A stretch of 64,000 bases of DNA from Octopus vulgaris (lineage: Eukaryota), in the NCBI GenBank assembly GCA_951406725.2, contig OX597816.1, positions 180,668,001-180,732,000 of the forward strand, read 5' to 3'. A program made the position numbers and the translations under genes. Under the pieces are notes generated by a model, which did not search any database, had not been told where the DNA came from, and was given only the letters and a program-made list of their open reading frames with translations. Positions 13,060-25,293 of this stretch are shown piece after piece; within the stretch, counting starts at the first letter, position 1; each line of letters opens with the position of its first letter.

Positions 13060-13710
13060 TCCTTTGTCATTTCCTTCATGGTGTTCAGTATGCTGAGATT
13101 AGTCTTCACTTCTTCACCTCATTTCTTCCTAAGTCTACCTCATCTACACGTTCTATGCTCTTTAAATATTCAACACTCTTTTATATAGTAACAGTCATCC
13201 ATACATATTGCATACCCATGCCATCGCAGTCTTCTCTCTTACATACCATATCTAATTCTTCTTATATTCAGCTTTTCCCTCAGCTGACTTGCGCTCCATT
13301 CATGCATATTACACATTCAGTGAAGCATGTCACCACATTTCTTTCTAGTCTTTGCAAATCCTCTGCATTCAAGGCCCATTGTACTCCAGATTACAAAACC
13401 ATGTACATTATATACCAGGTTAAAAAAGCATAGAAATTAGTCAAAGGCCTTTTCCATGTCAACAAATTCTAGGTACAAGGTTCTACTCCTAGAAAAGTAT
13501 TCCTCTGCAGTTGTCTCACTAGAAAGATGGTATCAATAGTGGCTCTTCTAAACACACAAAACCATCCTGTATTTTTATCTATGTTAGTTGTCTTTCTAAT
13601 CAATTTAATTACAATTCTTTCCCACGCATGCATAACTTCATCTAACAATTCGATACCTCTATAACTGCCTATTCTAATGCATCTCCACCATGTATGAATT
13701 GACAAGTTCA
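13060..13710 (-). mobile_element. RTE LINE relic with internal deletion
   Basis: YRGIELLDEVMHAWERIV...RATIDTIFLVRQLQ (RT N-terminal motifs) and DMEKAFD, joined to C-terminal LREKLNIR..ERRLRWHG-like sequence. Confidence 0.8.
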
Positions 13711-13759
13711 AGTATTTGAGTTCCACTGTCGACCAAACAGTGAGCTACAGCCAGGAAAT

Positions 13760-14070
13760 CAGAGCAAGAGTGTCCCTTCAGCAAAAGCATCAAACTGAAA
13801 CTTCTAAAATTCCCTAGTCTGGCTGGTTGTGCAGGCACAAAGCACGGACCTAAGAGTAGCAGACACCAAGCAACTGAAGACATTCAAGATGATAAACCAC
13901 ACACAAGTGCTGCAGATCAACCAAGCAACTCCTAGAACAAATTCAGTCTTGGAGGTGATGGAAACAGAACAAATGAGGATGATAGTGATCAAGTACTGGA
14001 CTGGGAGGACCCTGTCAAAGTGTACTGCTACAATCAGGGACCCACAGTATGTGGGGAGGGGTAGTGGTTG
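13760..14070 (+). mobile_element. RTE LINE C-terminal relic
   Basis: AQSTDLRVADTKQLKTFKM...LQI...TNSVL resembles the RTE ETWTL..D.KKL..F.M..LR.IL.I...TN..VL region. Confidence 0.45.
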
Positions 14071-14844
14071 CATATGACGTTCCCAACATTTTGTCAACAG
14101 GATGGGCATATTCATTCATTCAATGCATCACCTGTGCCCACAGAACATTTGATGATGAAAATGCTATTCCTGAAGTTTGGTATGACACCTTTTTATACTA
14201 ATTCATGATGCAACTGACTCACTCATGCCCGACTCTGCCATATGATAATATATTGCTACCTGTAATTAATATGTAGTATAATAAAGATAGTGAGCTGGTA
14301 TAATTGTTACCACACCTGAGAAAATGCTTAGAAGCATTTCTTCCAGCTCTCTACATTCAGTGTTCAAATGCTGCCACAGCCAACTTAGCCTTATCCTTCT
14401 GTGAGTAAATAACAAGATACCAGTCAAGTATTGGGGTTGATGTATTGACTTCTTCCTCCCCACAAAATTGCTGGTTTTGTGCCATAAAAAAGAATATTTG
14501 ATATCAAGATTGACAGCAATATTTATCCAGTTTATTTTTTAACTACTCTTATAAGCAGCCTACCCATAGCTTCAGGTCAAAAACATAAATTACTTCTCTC
14601 TTCCTCTCTCTCTCTTATTATCTCTCTATGTGTTTGTCTCTCTCTCTCTCTCTCTCTCAATACTTTGCCTTCACAATTTAATCTGCCCATTTGAATTTAT
14701 ATCTGCTTCCTGTTAACAAGAAATGAACAGCTAAGGGAAATAGCATTTGCTTTAATCTGTAACTCCTCATTCCTTTTATTTATTTCTAAATACATATGAT
14801 ATGTGGTTAAGTATAGTAATGATTACAATGAGATTATGTACACT

Positions 14845-14890
<46 letters not shown>

Positions 14891-14896
14891 TGTGTG

Positions 14897-14971
<75 letters not shown>

Positions 14972-15241
14972 CATATGGACAAACAAAACAGAGTTGGACA
15001 GATATCAACTACTCAGACGTATGTGAATGTACAATCATGAATGAAATGGCCGTGTGGTTAGAAGTTGGTTTCTCAACCATAGGGTCCTGATTTCAAGTCT
15101 CACTGTGTGGCACCTTGGGTAAGTGTCTTCTACTATAGCCTTGGATTTAGTAGACGGAAACTGAAAGAAGCCCATCAAGCATATATATATATACACATAT
15201 ACATATATTATATATTATATATATATATATATATCCCCAAA

Positions 15242-15360
15242 ACAGCTGGCCATATCACTTTGAAAACACCTGTTCTCGTCCGATCAACGAAGTTAAGCAA
15301 AGTCGAGCCTAGTTAGTACTGAGACGGGTGACCGCTTGGAAAACCTAGGTGCTGTAAATG
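15242..15360 (+). rRNA. 5S rRNA gene copy or pseudogene (solitary)
   Basis: ggccatatcactttgaaaacacctgttctcgtccgatcaacgaagttaagcaaagtcgagcctagttagtactgagacgggtgaccgcttggaaaacctaggtgctgta is colinear with metazoan 5S. Box A and box C are recognisable; compensatory pairs actttg/caaagt and cctag/ctagg. Confidence 0.9.
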
Positions 15361-15376
15361 TCTTTCTATCCTTTTT

Positions 15377-15655
15377 GGGCTGGCCAAAGCCTTGTGAGTG
15401 GATTTGGTAGTCGGAAACTGAAAGAAGCCCGTCGTATATATGTATATATATATGTACGTGTATATGTTTGTGTGTTTGTGTTTGACCCCCAACATCACTT
15501 GACAACCGATGCTGCTGTGTTTGCATCCCCGTAACTTAAGAGACCGATAGAATAAGTACCAGACTTACAAAAAACAAGTCCTGGGGTCGATTTGCTTGAC
15601 TAAAGGCGGTGCTCCAGCATGGCTAGTCAAATGATAGAAACAAGTAAAAGAGAAA
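15377..15655 (+). mobile_element. SINE family A body and tail directly downstream of the 5S copy
   Basis: ggccaaagccttgtgagtggatttggtagtcggaaactgaaagaagcccgtcg...ccagcatggctagtc...caagtaaaag. Confidence 0.85.
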
Positions 15656-15853
15656 GAGAGAAAAACACAAGAAAAAAACAACAAACACAAGAATGTGGTA
15701 GATACAAAGTATTAGCGGACACTCGGGGAAGGAAAGAAAGGTGATTTTACACTTCAAGCAAAGCTCTTCATCAGAAACAAAAGATGGAGGAAAATCCAAG
15801 AGAAAAGGAATACGGAGAAAAAACAATTGCCAACGATCCACATGTGGTTACAT
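15655..15853 (-). mobile_element. Penelope-type fragment with hammerhead-like motif at 15744-15778
   Basis: Minus strand GTTT-CTGATGA-A-GAGC(TTT)GCTT-GAAG-TG-TA-AAAT; homologous to 7035-7245. Confidence 0.6.
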
Positions 15854-16220
15854 GTATATATCACAGACACAAGGACATACATGTGTGTCTTTGTGTCTGT
15901 GTTTGTCCCCCCACGACAAATCAACAACCAGCGTTGGAGTGTTTATGTCCCCATAACTTAATGGTTTGGCAAAAGAGATCAATAGAATAAGTATCAGACT
16001 TTAAAAAACAAGTCCTGGGGTCAATTTGTTCAACTAAAATTCTTCAAGGCAGTGCCCCAGCATGGCCACAGTCAAAAATAACAGAAACAAGTACAAAAAA
16101 AAAGATTATTTCTGACAAGTTGTCTACAGATCACAAAATTTCAACTGACCAAAAAAAAAAAAACTACCTTATGCTGAGCTCTTCTTTTTGATTTTATTCT
16201 TTCCTTACCACAAACTTCAT

Positions 16221-16258
<38 letters not shown>

Positions 16259-16940
16259 ATCAATTCAATCATACACACTCCTTTGCAGTGACTAATTATT
16301 TACTATTTCCAGTAATTATTGTCATGGACTATGAACAAAATAAACTTTTCTCTCCCCCTCCCCCCTGTAAAGGGGATTTGGTTTGAAACATCAAAAGATC
16401 TTCACCTAGTAACTTTAACTGATAAAATTATATACCTTACTAATTAAAAACTATTTTCTATTGCATCCTGTTTTTTTGTGGGGGGGGGTCTGTTTTTAAT
16501 TTCACAGGAGTGTGTATAAAATCAAGCAGGTATATACAAGTGAACACATATGCACACATTAATAATCCTATTTATATAAATGTCTACACCTAAATATGTT
16601 TGCATGAAATACTTACACTCACATAAAACACAAAAACACACACAAACACACACAAACCTGCCCTTTGTCAGATGATGATTCACCTGGCTAGATGAGGATG
16701 TGGGGGAGATGATGTGGGGTGGTAAAGGAGAAGCAAGGATGTAGGGGAGCTGAAAAATACTGTTAGATGGTAGTAATTTTAGCAGGCAGCAGTCTATTTT
16801 TAGAAAAACCTGACAGTGGGGGGCAGGAAGATCAGGGTGTGGAGAGAGGGATGATGGCAGGTAGAATTGAGTTGCAAATAAAATGTACCTGTACAGTTTG
16901 TGTGTGTGAGCATGTACATATATATATACACACACAGACA

Positions 16941-17013
<73 letters not shown>

Positions 17014-17045
17014 TACATACATATCTCTTTCTCTCTCTAATATAT

Positions 17046-17114
<69 letters not shown>

Positions 17115-17139
17115 GATATATATATGTTTATATATATAG

Positions 17140-17990
17140 TTAAAACCTAGCTAAAACCAAAGTGCTAATAAGTAGGAAGGCAGACAAACCACAAATCCCT
17201 TCAGGTAGATGGCCCTGCTCGATCTGTAGAAAAGGCATATGTACCCAGTGTAAGCAATGGACACATAAGAGGTGCAACAATATCAATGGAAGGCTAACTG
17301 GGAGGATAGTTTTTGTATGTGACAGATGCTCAGGAGCAATAAACACTGAAAATGTGCAGAGAACAACTTCTGCCACATTCCAGGGAGAAAAACTAGAAGT
17401 AGCTGATAGCTTCCATTACCTAGGTGACCAAGTCAATAGCAGGGGCGGGTGTGCTGAAAGTGTAACTGCTAGAATAAGAATAGCCTGGGCAAAGTTCAGA
17501 GAGCTCTTACCTCTGCTGGTGACAAAGGGCCTCTCACTCAGGTAAACTGCATGATGCATCTGTACAAATAGCCATGCTACATGGCAGCAAAACATGGGCC
17601 GTGACTGCTGAGGACATGTATAGGTTCACAAAGAATAAAGCCAGTATAATACGATGGATGTGTAATGTCAGTGTGCAAACTTGACAGAGTGTAAGTACCC
17701 TGAGAGAAAAGTTGGACCTAAGAAGCATCAGATGTGGTGTGCAAGAGAGACGACTGCACTGGTATAGTCATGTGGCAAGAATGGATGAGGATAGCTGTGT
17801 GAAAAAGTGTCACACCCTAGCGGTTGAGGGAACCTGTGGAAGAGGTAGACCCATGAAGACCTGGGATGAGGTGGTGAAGCACGACCTTCGAACATTAGGC
17901 CTCACAGAGACCATGACTAGTGACCGAGACCTTTGGAAATATGCTATGCCTGAGAAGACCCGGCAAGACAAGTGAGACCATAGCTAAGCT
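17140..17990 (+). mobile_element. RTE LINE, 5'-truncated ORF C-terminus (frameshifted)
   Basis: NLAKTKVL...LEVADSFHYLGD...ARIRIAWAKFRELLPLL...ERRLHWYSHVARM...GRGRPMKTWDEVV are typical RTE post-RT motifs. Confidence 0.92.
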
Positions 17991-18188
17991 AACGCACCAA
18001 CATTCCCTTTGAACAGAATGCAAATCCATCACAGACTTGCCAGTTTACAACTGTGTGAACTCAAGCAGTGTGAAATGAAGGGTTTTGTTCAAGAACACCA
18101 TGCACAACCAGTGTATGAATCCAAACCATGAGGTTGTGATCACAAGTGCAACACCCTAACCACAAAGTCATGCACCTTCACATGTATA

Positions 18189-18641
18189 TCATCATTATCA
18201 TCATCATCATCATCGTTTAACGTCCGTTCTCCATGCTAGCATGGGTTGGACGGTTCGACCGGGGATCTGGGAAGCCAGAAGGCTGCACCAGGCTCCAGTC
18301 TTATCTGGCAGTGTTTCTACAGCTGGATGCCCTTCCTAACGCCAACCACTCCGTGAGTGTAGTGGGTGCTTTTTACGTGCCACCTGCACAGGTGCCAGGC
18401 GAGGCTGGCAACGGCCACGGTTGGATTGGTGTATTTTATGTGCCACCGGCACGGAAGCCAGACGAGGCGGAGCTGTCATCGGCCACGAGTCGGATAGTGC
18501 TTTTTACGCCACGAGTCGGATAGTGCTTTTTACGTACCACCAGACCAGGGATCCTGGCTGGTTCAATTCGATCTCGATTTCGATTTCGCTTGCCCCAACA
18601 TGTCTTCGCAAGCAAGGGGGTTGGCATGGGTGCCTGTCGTA
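18189..18641 (-). mobile_element. RTE LINE 3' UTR with (GAT)n tail
   Basis: Same sequence is contiguous with RTE coding end at 24394-24996; further copies near 6815-6880, 34610-34850, 39712-39868, 45238-45520, 47367-47669 and 61950-62097. Confidence 0.8.
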
Positions 18642-18814
18642 CGTTTATATTATAGATAATATATATTGTGTATACAAAGTACCACATGGTTCTGGGTTCA
18701 GCCCCACAGCATAGCACTTTGGGTATGTGTCTTCTACGCTAGCTTCAAGCCAACTAAAGCCTTTTGAGTGGATCTGGTAGATGGAAACTGAAAGAAGCCC
18801 ATTGTATATATATA

Positions 18815-19029
18815 ATTTAAATAAGCAGAAAATGGAGAAAACTTTAGATCAACAATCAAACAAATTGACCAACATCTGTTAATTATTTTTTAACACAAAG
18901 CATAACATAACAATACAGAACTGTTATGTAATGTTATGCTGTGCTTTGTATAAAAAAATAATTAACTGATGTTGGTCAATTTGTTTGTTTGTTGATTGAA
19001 AGATTTCTCCATTTTCTGCTTATTTCAAT
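18815..19029. repeat. Inverted repeat (~95-bp arms) inserted in the (TA)n of a family A SINE
   Basis: aaataagcagaaaatggagaaa...caaattgaccaacatc matches the reverse complement of gatgttggtcaatttg...tttctccattttctgcttattt; a single arm recurs at ~49968-50057. Confidence 0.88.
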
Positions 19030-19669
19030 TTGATTCCAGGCAAACTTTTGTTTAATCTGTTGTTACCTGTACCCTACGAGCATAGTTTTCCTGCATACCC
19101 CATGCCCAGGGATAGCACAGGTAAATGATGCTGGTAGTAAGAATGGATATTCTTATCCCTTAGATGGTTATCCCAACTGCTTACTCGACTTCCCTATATA
19201 TGTGTGTGTGTGTGTGCATGTCTTTGTGTCTGTGTTTGTTCCCCACCACCACTTGATAACCAGTGTTAGTGTGTTTACGTCCCTGTAACTTAACAGTTCA
19301 GCAAAAGATACTGATAGAACAAGTACCAGGCTTAAAAAAAAAAGTACTGGGGTTGATTCATTCAACTAAAAATTCTTCAAAGTGGCGCACCAGCATGGCC
19401 ACAATCTAATGACTGAGACAAGTAAAATATAAAGGTAATACAGACTATGTCATGTTTTGCTTAGAAGCAATGCAGGATACCAGAAATTCTGAGAAGCAGG
19501 TGCATTCCTTATTTGAGAATCCGTTTAAACAGAGTTAGGACAGGCTAGTTTGTGCTTAGTGCATGGCTCAGTGGTTAGGGTAATTGGCTCACAATCAGAA
19601 GGTCATGAGTTCAATTCCCAGCAGTGCATTGTGTCATTGAGCAAGACACTTTATTTCACATTGCTCATA

Positions 19670-20720
19670 GGGCAGTGAGCTGAAAGAATCCTTAGCACAC
19701 CAGGTAAAATGTTTAGTGGCATTTCGTCCATCTTCACATTCTGAGTTCAAATTCCACTGAGGTCAACTTTGCCTTTCATCCTCTTGGGATTGATAAATTA
19801 AGTACCAGTTGATCACTGGGGTTGATGTAATCGACTTACACCTTGTCCAAAATTACTGGCCTTGTGCCAAAATTTGAAATCATCATCCTTTTCCTGGTCA
19901 GTTGAAAAAGTAGTTATCAATATTGATGTAATTGACTGCTTTCATGCTCCAAAATGTGGGCCCTCTGACCAGCTTAGAAACCAATATTATTATTCTTCCT
20001 TACAGCCCCTTAGAACAAAATAAAGAATTGATGTCATATATTGCAGATGTTGGAATGGCAGAGCTAACAGAGTAATAGACAACATGCCTTCAGCATTTAA
20101 TTAGTTCTTTTTACATTCTGAGTTCACACCCTGCCAAGTTCAATTTTGCCCATTGTCTTTCTCAAGTTGATAAAGCTGGAATTCGTCTAATCAATTTTAT
20201 CTCTTCCACAAAATGTGTGGTCTTACACCACTGTTACAAATCATGAAAAACATCAATCAGAAAGATGAGTGATGGTAACAAATTCCTTGTGGTGTTTAGT
20301 TACATCTTTTTTTATGTTCAGAGTTCAAATCCTGCCTGATCGATTTGGCCTTCAATCCTCCTTACTACTCAACAGAAGCAATAAATTCAAACACTTGTAC
20401 TATTATACTGAGTTGATTCAATCACCTACAGTCTTTCCCCACTCCCCAAAAAACAGCCGCCTTGAGCCAATTTAAAAATCCTTATCAATAGCATTGGAGT
20501 AGTAGTAATAACAGAGAGCGAGATTAAATGCCTAGTCATCGTTTTAAGTAAAAAAATTATTCATGTTCCTTTGCACTGAAATTCAAATGCTATGTGTTAA
20601 CAGTACCTTTCAATAATCTCCATGTAAAATTAATCAAATAAATACCTGTCAAAAGCTGAAATCAATTTCATAGGCTACACCCTCACCAAAATTTGTGGCC
20701 TTGAGCCACTCTAAAAACAC
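19670..20720 (+). mobile_element. Head-to-tail cluster of family B SINE copies of differing divergence
   Basis: ttctgagttca.. motif and ..ggccttg(t/a)gcc.. ends recur near 19740, 20115, 20318 and 20575. Confidence 0.65.
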
Positions 20721-20981
20721 ACATTATTAGCAGTGGACTTCTAGTAAACTTCTCTCTCACACACATACACACACACTCTCCTCTCTCTGAACTGGTTATA
20801 TAAAAGGGCCAAGAAAGGGACGATCACAGCCCCACTACCAATCTTTTCACCACCACTGTAAACATAAAAACAAAAACAAGTGCTGTAACCATAATAATAA
20901 ATATTTAGAGTAAATAAATATGCGTTCATATAAATATTTCAGTAAGAGTCCAAAACTAATGTTTTTCTGATGGAAACTGTG

Positions 20982-21015
<34 letters not shown>

Positions 21016-22055
21016 TACCATTACTGTGGAGTAGTGGTAATAGAAGGAAATGTGGTAATGTTTTGCTTGTTTATGTGTGTGCTATATATACATATATGTA
21101 TATATAAGAGAACCTTGTGAATGGAAGTGTGTGTGTGTGTGAAGTTTCTTCCTGTAACTGCACACACACACACACACTGCTCCCAATAATGAAGTCCATG
21201 TGGTTTCTTTACTTGGTATATGTCAGTCACAGCTGCAAGTAGATGCCCTATACCTACAAGTGTAAAGTCCTAAATATTTGGGATATCCGTGTATGGGATG
21301 AGTTGGGAACACAGGTCACACTATGAAAATAACATTAAATAGTTTTTTAAAAGATAACCATAAATTTGATAGTCTCCCTCACCAGTTGAAATATTTTGAG
21401 AGAGGGGGGGGGAGAGGACACAAAGTTCAGATATTTCCATGTTAGTATAGATTACACCTTTTTAGCTACATTCAGACACCACACACACACACACACATGT
21501 GTGTGTGTAAGTGTATGTCATGAGCACTGAGGGTGATTTGATCAAGTGTCATGTTCAAAGTGAACAGCAAATAAGTATTTTCTCTGGTTATGACACTAAT
21601 CAGTCAACAGCAGGTTAACTTACTCAGATCAAGCTGATACACATGTATTTACTCAACAGATATGAGTACTAAGGTAATGTAGTGGACATTCAAGTAAGCA
21701 AACAAACCAGGTAAAAACAATGTTGGATTTAGAAGGAATAACTGTTGTGGTGCTATTCACCTGGTTGTCAGGAAAATGCATCAAGATCATCTAGAAATGT
21801 GACTTGTTACTGGCCAGAGAAAGATTAATCTTACACTGATACACACCAAGAAAATGGGACTTAAACCCTGAGCCTTGATCCTCAATAGGTCCAGAAACAG
21901 CTCCAACAAGCTAACAAGGAGCCTCTACCTTGTCGTTTGACTCACTAGAAATAGCAGTCAAATGTCTCTCAAATCACAACACACAATATCAAGAAAGGTA
22001 CATGAATCAAAATACAAAATGGTATTGGTTTGAACGAAATTGATCACATATTTGT

Positions 22056-22279
22056 TTGACCCTTTAGCATTCAGATTTCTCTGTCAAATGTAATGCTTGT
22101 TTATTCACATTGCTATGAATTAATCATACAGTATCTTGTAGCTTTGAGATTTTGATGATGGGATTGTATATTTCCAAATTGATACTATAGGGTAGGTGTG
22201 AGAAGCAGGACCTGCCCAGTTGGAAAAACTGAAAGAATTTGGGGGCCAGATATAGCTGGTTTAAATACTAAAAGATTAA
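22056..22279 (+). mobile_element. piggyBac-like MITE (family 1)
   Basis: ttga-ccctttagcatt ... aatactaaaaga-ttaa; homologous to 23017-23236. Confidence 0.8.
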
Positions 22280-23016
22280 TGAGTGCTGACCTGGGTTTAA
22301 ACAACAACCATAGCAATCAACAGGTCAAAAACGGTCAAATAAAACCAAGGAAGCTGCCAGGAGGTACTATATACTGGATTTCACAAAGGATACAGTTATT
22401 GTTGACACTTGTTTAGCCTCAGATTAGCCCTGATAAAAAAAGATAGATGGTATAGTCTAAGACTAACTGTCAAACATACTGTATTTAGGACTAAATAATT
22501 CAATAAGTCCTTCTTTTTTCAACATGGTAGGGTTTGATTTAAAAGAGATTTAGTCATTATATTTAGTAGGTCAAGTAACCTTCTAGAGACTCCCTCATTA
22601 ACTTATGAGATGATGTAGGATTAAAACATACACAAGGATGTTGTATTGTAAATCTATTCAACCCTGTTAAATTGCAAAAACAGATAAAAGAGGGTGATGA
22701 TGATGATGATGATGATGATGATAAAAAAAAGACAGTACTGATATTGATGGTGGTGATCTTGTTGATGTGAAGATGATAATGACTATAATTGTCTATAATT
22801 TACACAAACACCTTCTTAGATCTGAAGAACTCTCATTAGAACATTTTATAATTGCCAGACTGTCACTAATTTAATTAACAATTTTACAAAAAAAAACCAT
22901 TATGGATTCTACCTGTCATGGATTCTTTCATATGGAAAGATAAATTCCTTTGTACTGAATACGACACTCATACATGCACACATAAAAGTTGTTTCAAATT
23001 GTTTCTATTTGACGAG

Positions 23017-23236
23017 TTAACCCTTTAGCATTCATATTTCTCTGTCAAATGTTTATTTACTCACACTGATATGAATTAGTCATGCATTACCTTGTAGCTT
23101 TGAGATTTCAATGATGGGATTGTTTATTTTCAGAATATTGTTGGGTAAGTGTGAGAGGCTTGATCTGGCCAGTTTGAAAATAATACAGGTAGATTATTTT
23201 GACCATCAATGGCCAGTTTAAATGCTAAAGGGATAA
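23017..23236 (+). mobile_element. piggyBac-like MITE (family 1)
   Basis: TTAA-ccctttagcatt ... aatgctaaaggg-ataa; CCC/GGG termini with TTAA target. Confidence 0.85.
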
Positions 23237-23390
23237 ATTATCCCCATCAGATTAAAATGACTGAACTTGGCAAATATTCTTTCAAGTATTTCACACTAAT
23301 CTTCTGCTTATTGTTGTTATTGTTGTTTACTGCCTGACCAACCCTGATTGAATAGATATATAATCAATGATGTTCCAGCCTTGACCATCC

Positions 23391-23619
23391 TACGAGGGGT
23401 GCTGAAAAGTTTCAGCTTTAAGGGTTTCGCGAAAGGTCTGGTTGGAGGCCCAACCTTCTGAGTTACTGGGATAAGAAAAACTGAAGGACCCCTGCAATAA
23501 GTGTGTGAATCTGTTCACACACTTATTGTAGGGGAATATGTTGAATGAAATCCTAATTAACTGATTCTCCTGTATTTCCTTTTACCCAAAGCCAGAAACT
23601 TTTCAGAACCCACCTTGTG
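23391..23619 (+). mobile_element. mariner-derived MITE
   Basis: TA-cgaggggtgctgaaaagttt ... aaacttttcagaacccaccttg; contains a C-terminal transposase remnant (NKCVN..GEYVE*). Confidence 0.8.
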
Positions 23620-24393
23620 CGTTAATATATTCAATATTACAATGTGCAAGGTATCCATTTTTTATCTTCCAAGATTGTAGAAAGTGATTAGAGGGAAATG
23701 ATTTGGCTGCTTTCTCTAGCCGTTTGAACTATTACATAAAAAGTGTTACAAGTAAGACAATGCACCATGTACAAGGTCAGCATGTCACGGGCACTGAGTA
23801 CGCAGCCAATCTACCAGAAACACCGCCAGAGCAGGTGCACACTCAACTTCTCAACAAGTAGAACATTATCTTTCAATTCCTTCCAAGTGATTTAACACCT
23901 GAAACTATTTCAAATTTAAGAGAAAATTTATGTAGCTTAATGATTTATGTATGTATAATAGTCAACACACAAAAATGAACTAATAATGGTCCCCACCCCC
24001 ACCCCCACCCCGCCCTTTTTTTTTACCTTGTATTTCTTTCTAGTTAGCAGTTTAGTGCTTTCTGCATGCAATATGTTACCACTGACTTACCAACTCATTT
24101 TTTATTTGTCTTTTGAGGGCCTTTTGCATGTGGATAGTATCTATGAGTTATTTCATTTCTCTACTAATTTTATTTTTCTGCACACAATCTCGAGCATTTA
24201 TTTAATGATTTATTCATCACTACTTTAGCAAAAATAAGACAGAAAAGAAAAGGTTCAGAGTTGCAATGTGGTACTTGCTTGAAAATTTAAAAAGCAAAAA
24301 AAATTTAGACATATGACTATTAATATTGTTTATTCCTCACTGCATGTTTATTTCTTATCTTTCAAATGTTCAATGTATTAAATATGTTAACAG

Positions 24394-24996
24394 TCATCAT
24401 CCTCCTCATCATCATCGTTATTTAACGTCTGCTTTCCATGCTGGCATGGGTTGGACGGTTTGACCGAGGGCTAGCAAGCCAGAAGGCTGCACCAGGCTCC
24501 AATCCGATCTGGCAAATTTTATACAGCTGGATGCCCTTCCCAATGCCAACCACTCCGAGAGTGTAGTGGGTGCTTTTTGCGTACCACCAGCATGGAACCA
24601 GTCAGCCAGCGCTGGCATCAACCATGCTCAAATGGTGCTTTTTATGTGCCACTAGCACGGGTGCCAATCAGACTTTACTGTCATCAACCACGACAGCAAT
24701 TTCACTTACCTCATCAGATCTTCACAAGCACAGTTTATTGCCCAATGATTGAAGGGTACTTTTAAATGGTCTGGTTATGCTGCACTGGCATAGGCCACAG
24801 TTACGCTCTCACTTGGCTTGCCAAGTCTTCTCAAGCACAGCATGTTTCCAAAAGTCTCGGTCACTAGTCATTGCCTCGGTGAGGCCCAACGTTCAAAGGT
24901 CATGCTTCACCACCTCATCCCAGGTATTCCTGGGTCTACCTCTTCCACAGGTTCCCTCTACTGCTAGGGTGTGAACCTTTTCCCACAGCTGTCCTC
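24394..24996 (-). mobile_element. RTE LINE 3' end (coding tail, 3' UTR, GAT tail)
   Basis: Reverse complement of 24860-24996 matches 17790-17960 (LAVEGTCGRGRP..WDEVVKHDL). Confidence 0.9.
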
Positions 24997-25094
24997 TAGA
25001 ATTAGCATTAAAGTAAATCTATTTTCAAGTTATATATTTAATAATGCATAAATTTCTTTTACATATAGCTGTATATATTAAATGGTTCAAATGT

Positions 25095-25293
25095 ACAATA
25101 AACAAAAGACAAAGACAGGTGAGGTAACAACAAACAACGTATATTAGTTTGACACTCAAGAAAAATGGAAAAGTCTTTGATGTTTTGAGCGTATGCCCTT
25201 TAACAGAAAGGAATGAAGAAAGAAAATGGAGAAAGAAAAGAGCTGAGAGAGAAAAAAATGTGGATTAATGATTTCGCATGTCGAATTGACTGA
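25095..25293 (-). mobile_element. Degraded Penelope-type fragment
   Basis: Reverse-complement homolog of 58675-58859; decayed hammerhead-like motif at 25175-25210. Confidence 0.55.

Noticed and set aside
12888-13433. Longest ORF in the track (181 aa)
   Set aside because: Mostly antisense to an RTE relic plus purine-rich low-complexity sequence.
14776-15090. Overlapping HT/CV-rich ORFs
   Set aside because: Translations of (TG)n microsatellite.
20797-20830. TATATAAAAG with an Inr-like site
   Set aside because: Expected by chance in AT-rich DNA; no downstream gene evidence.
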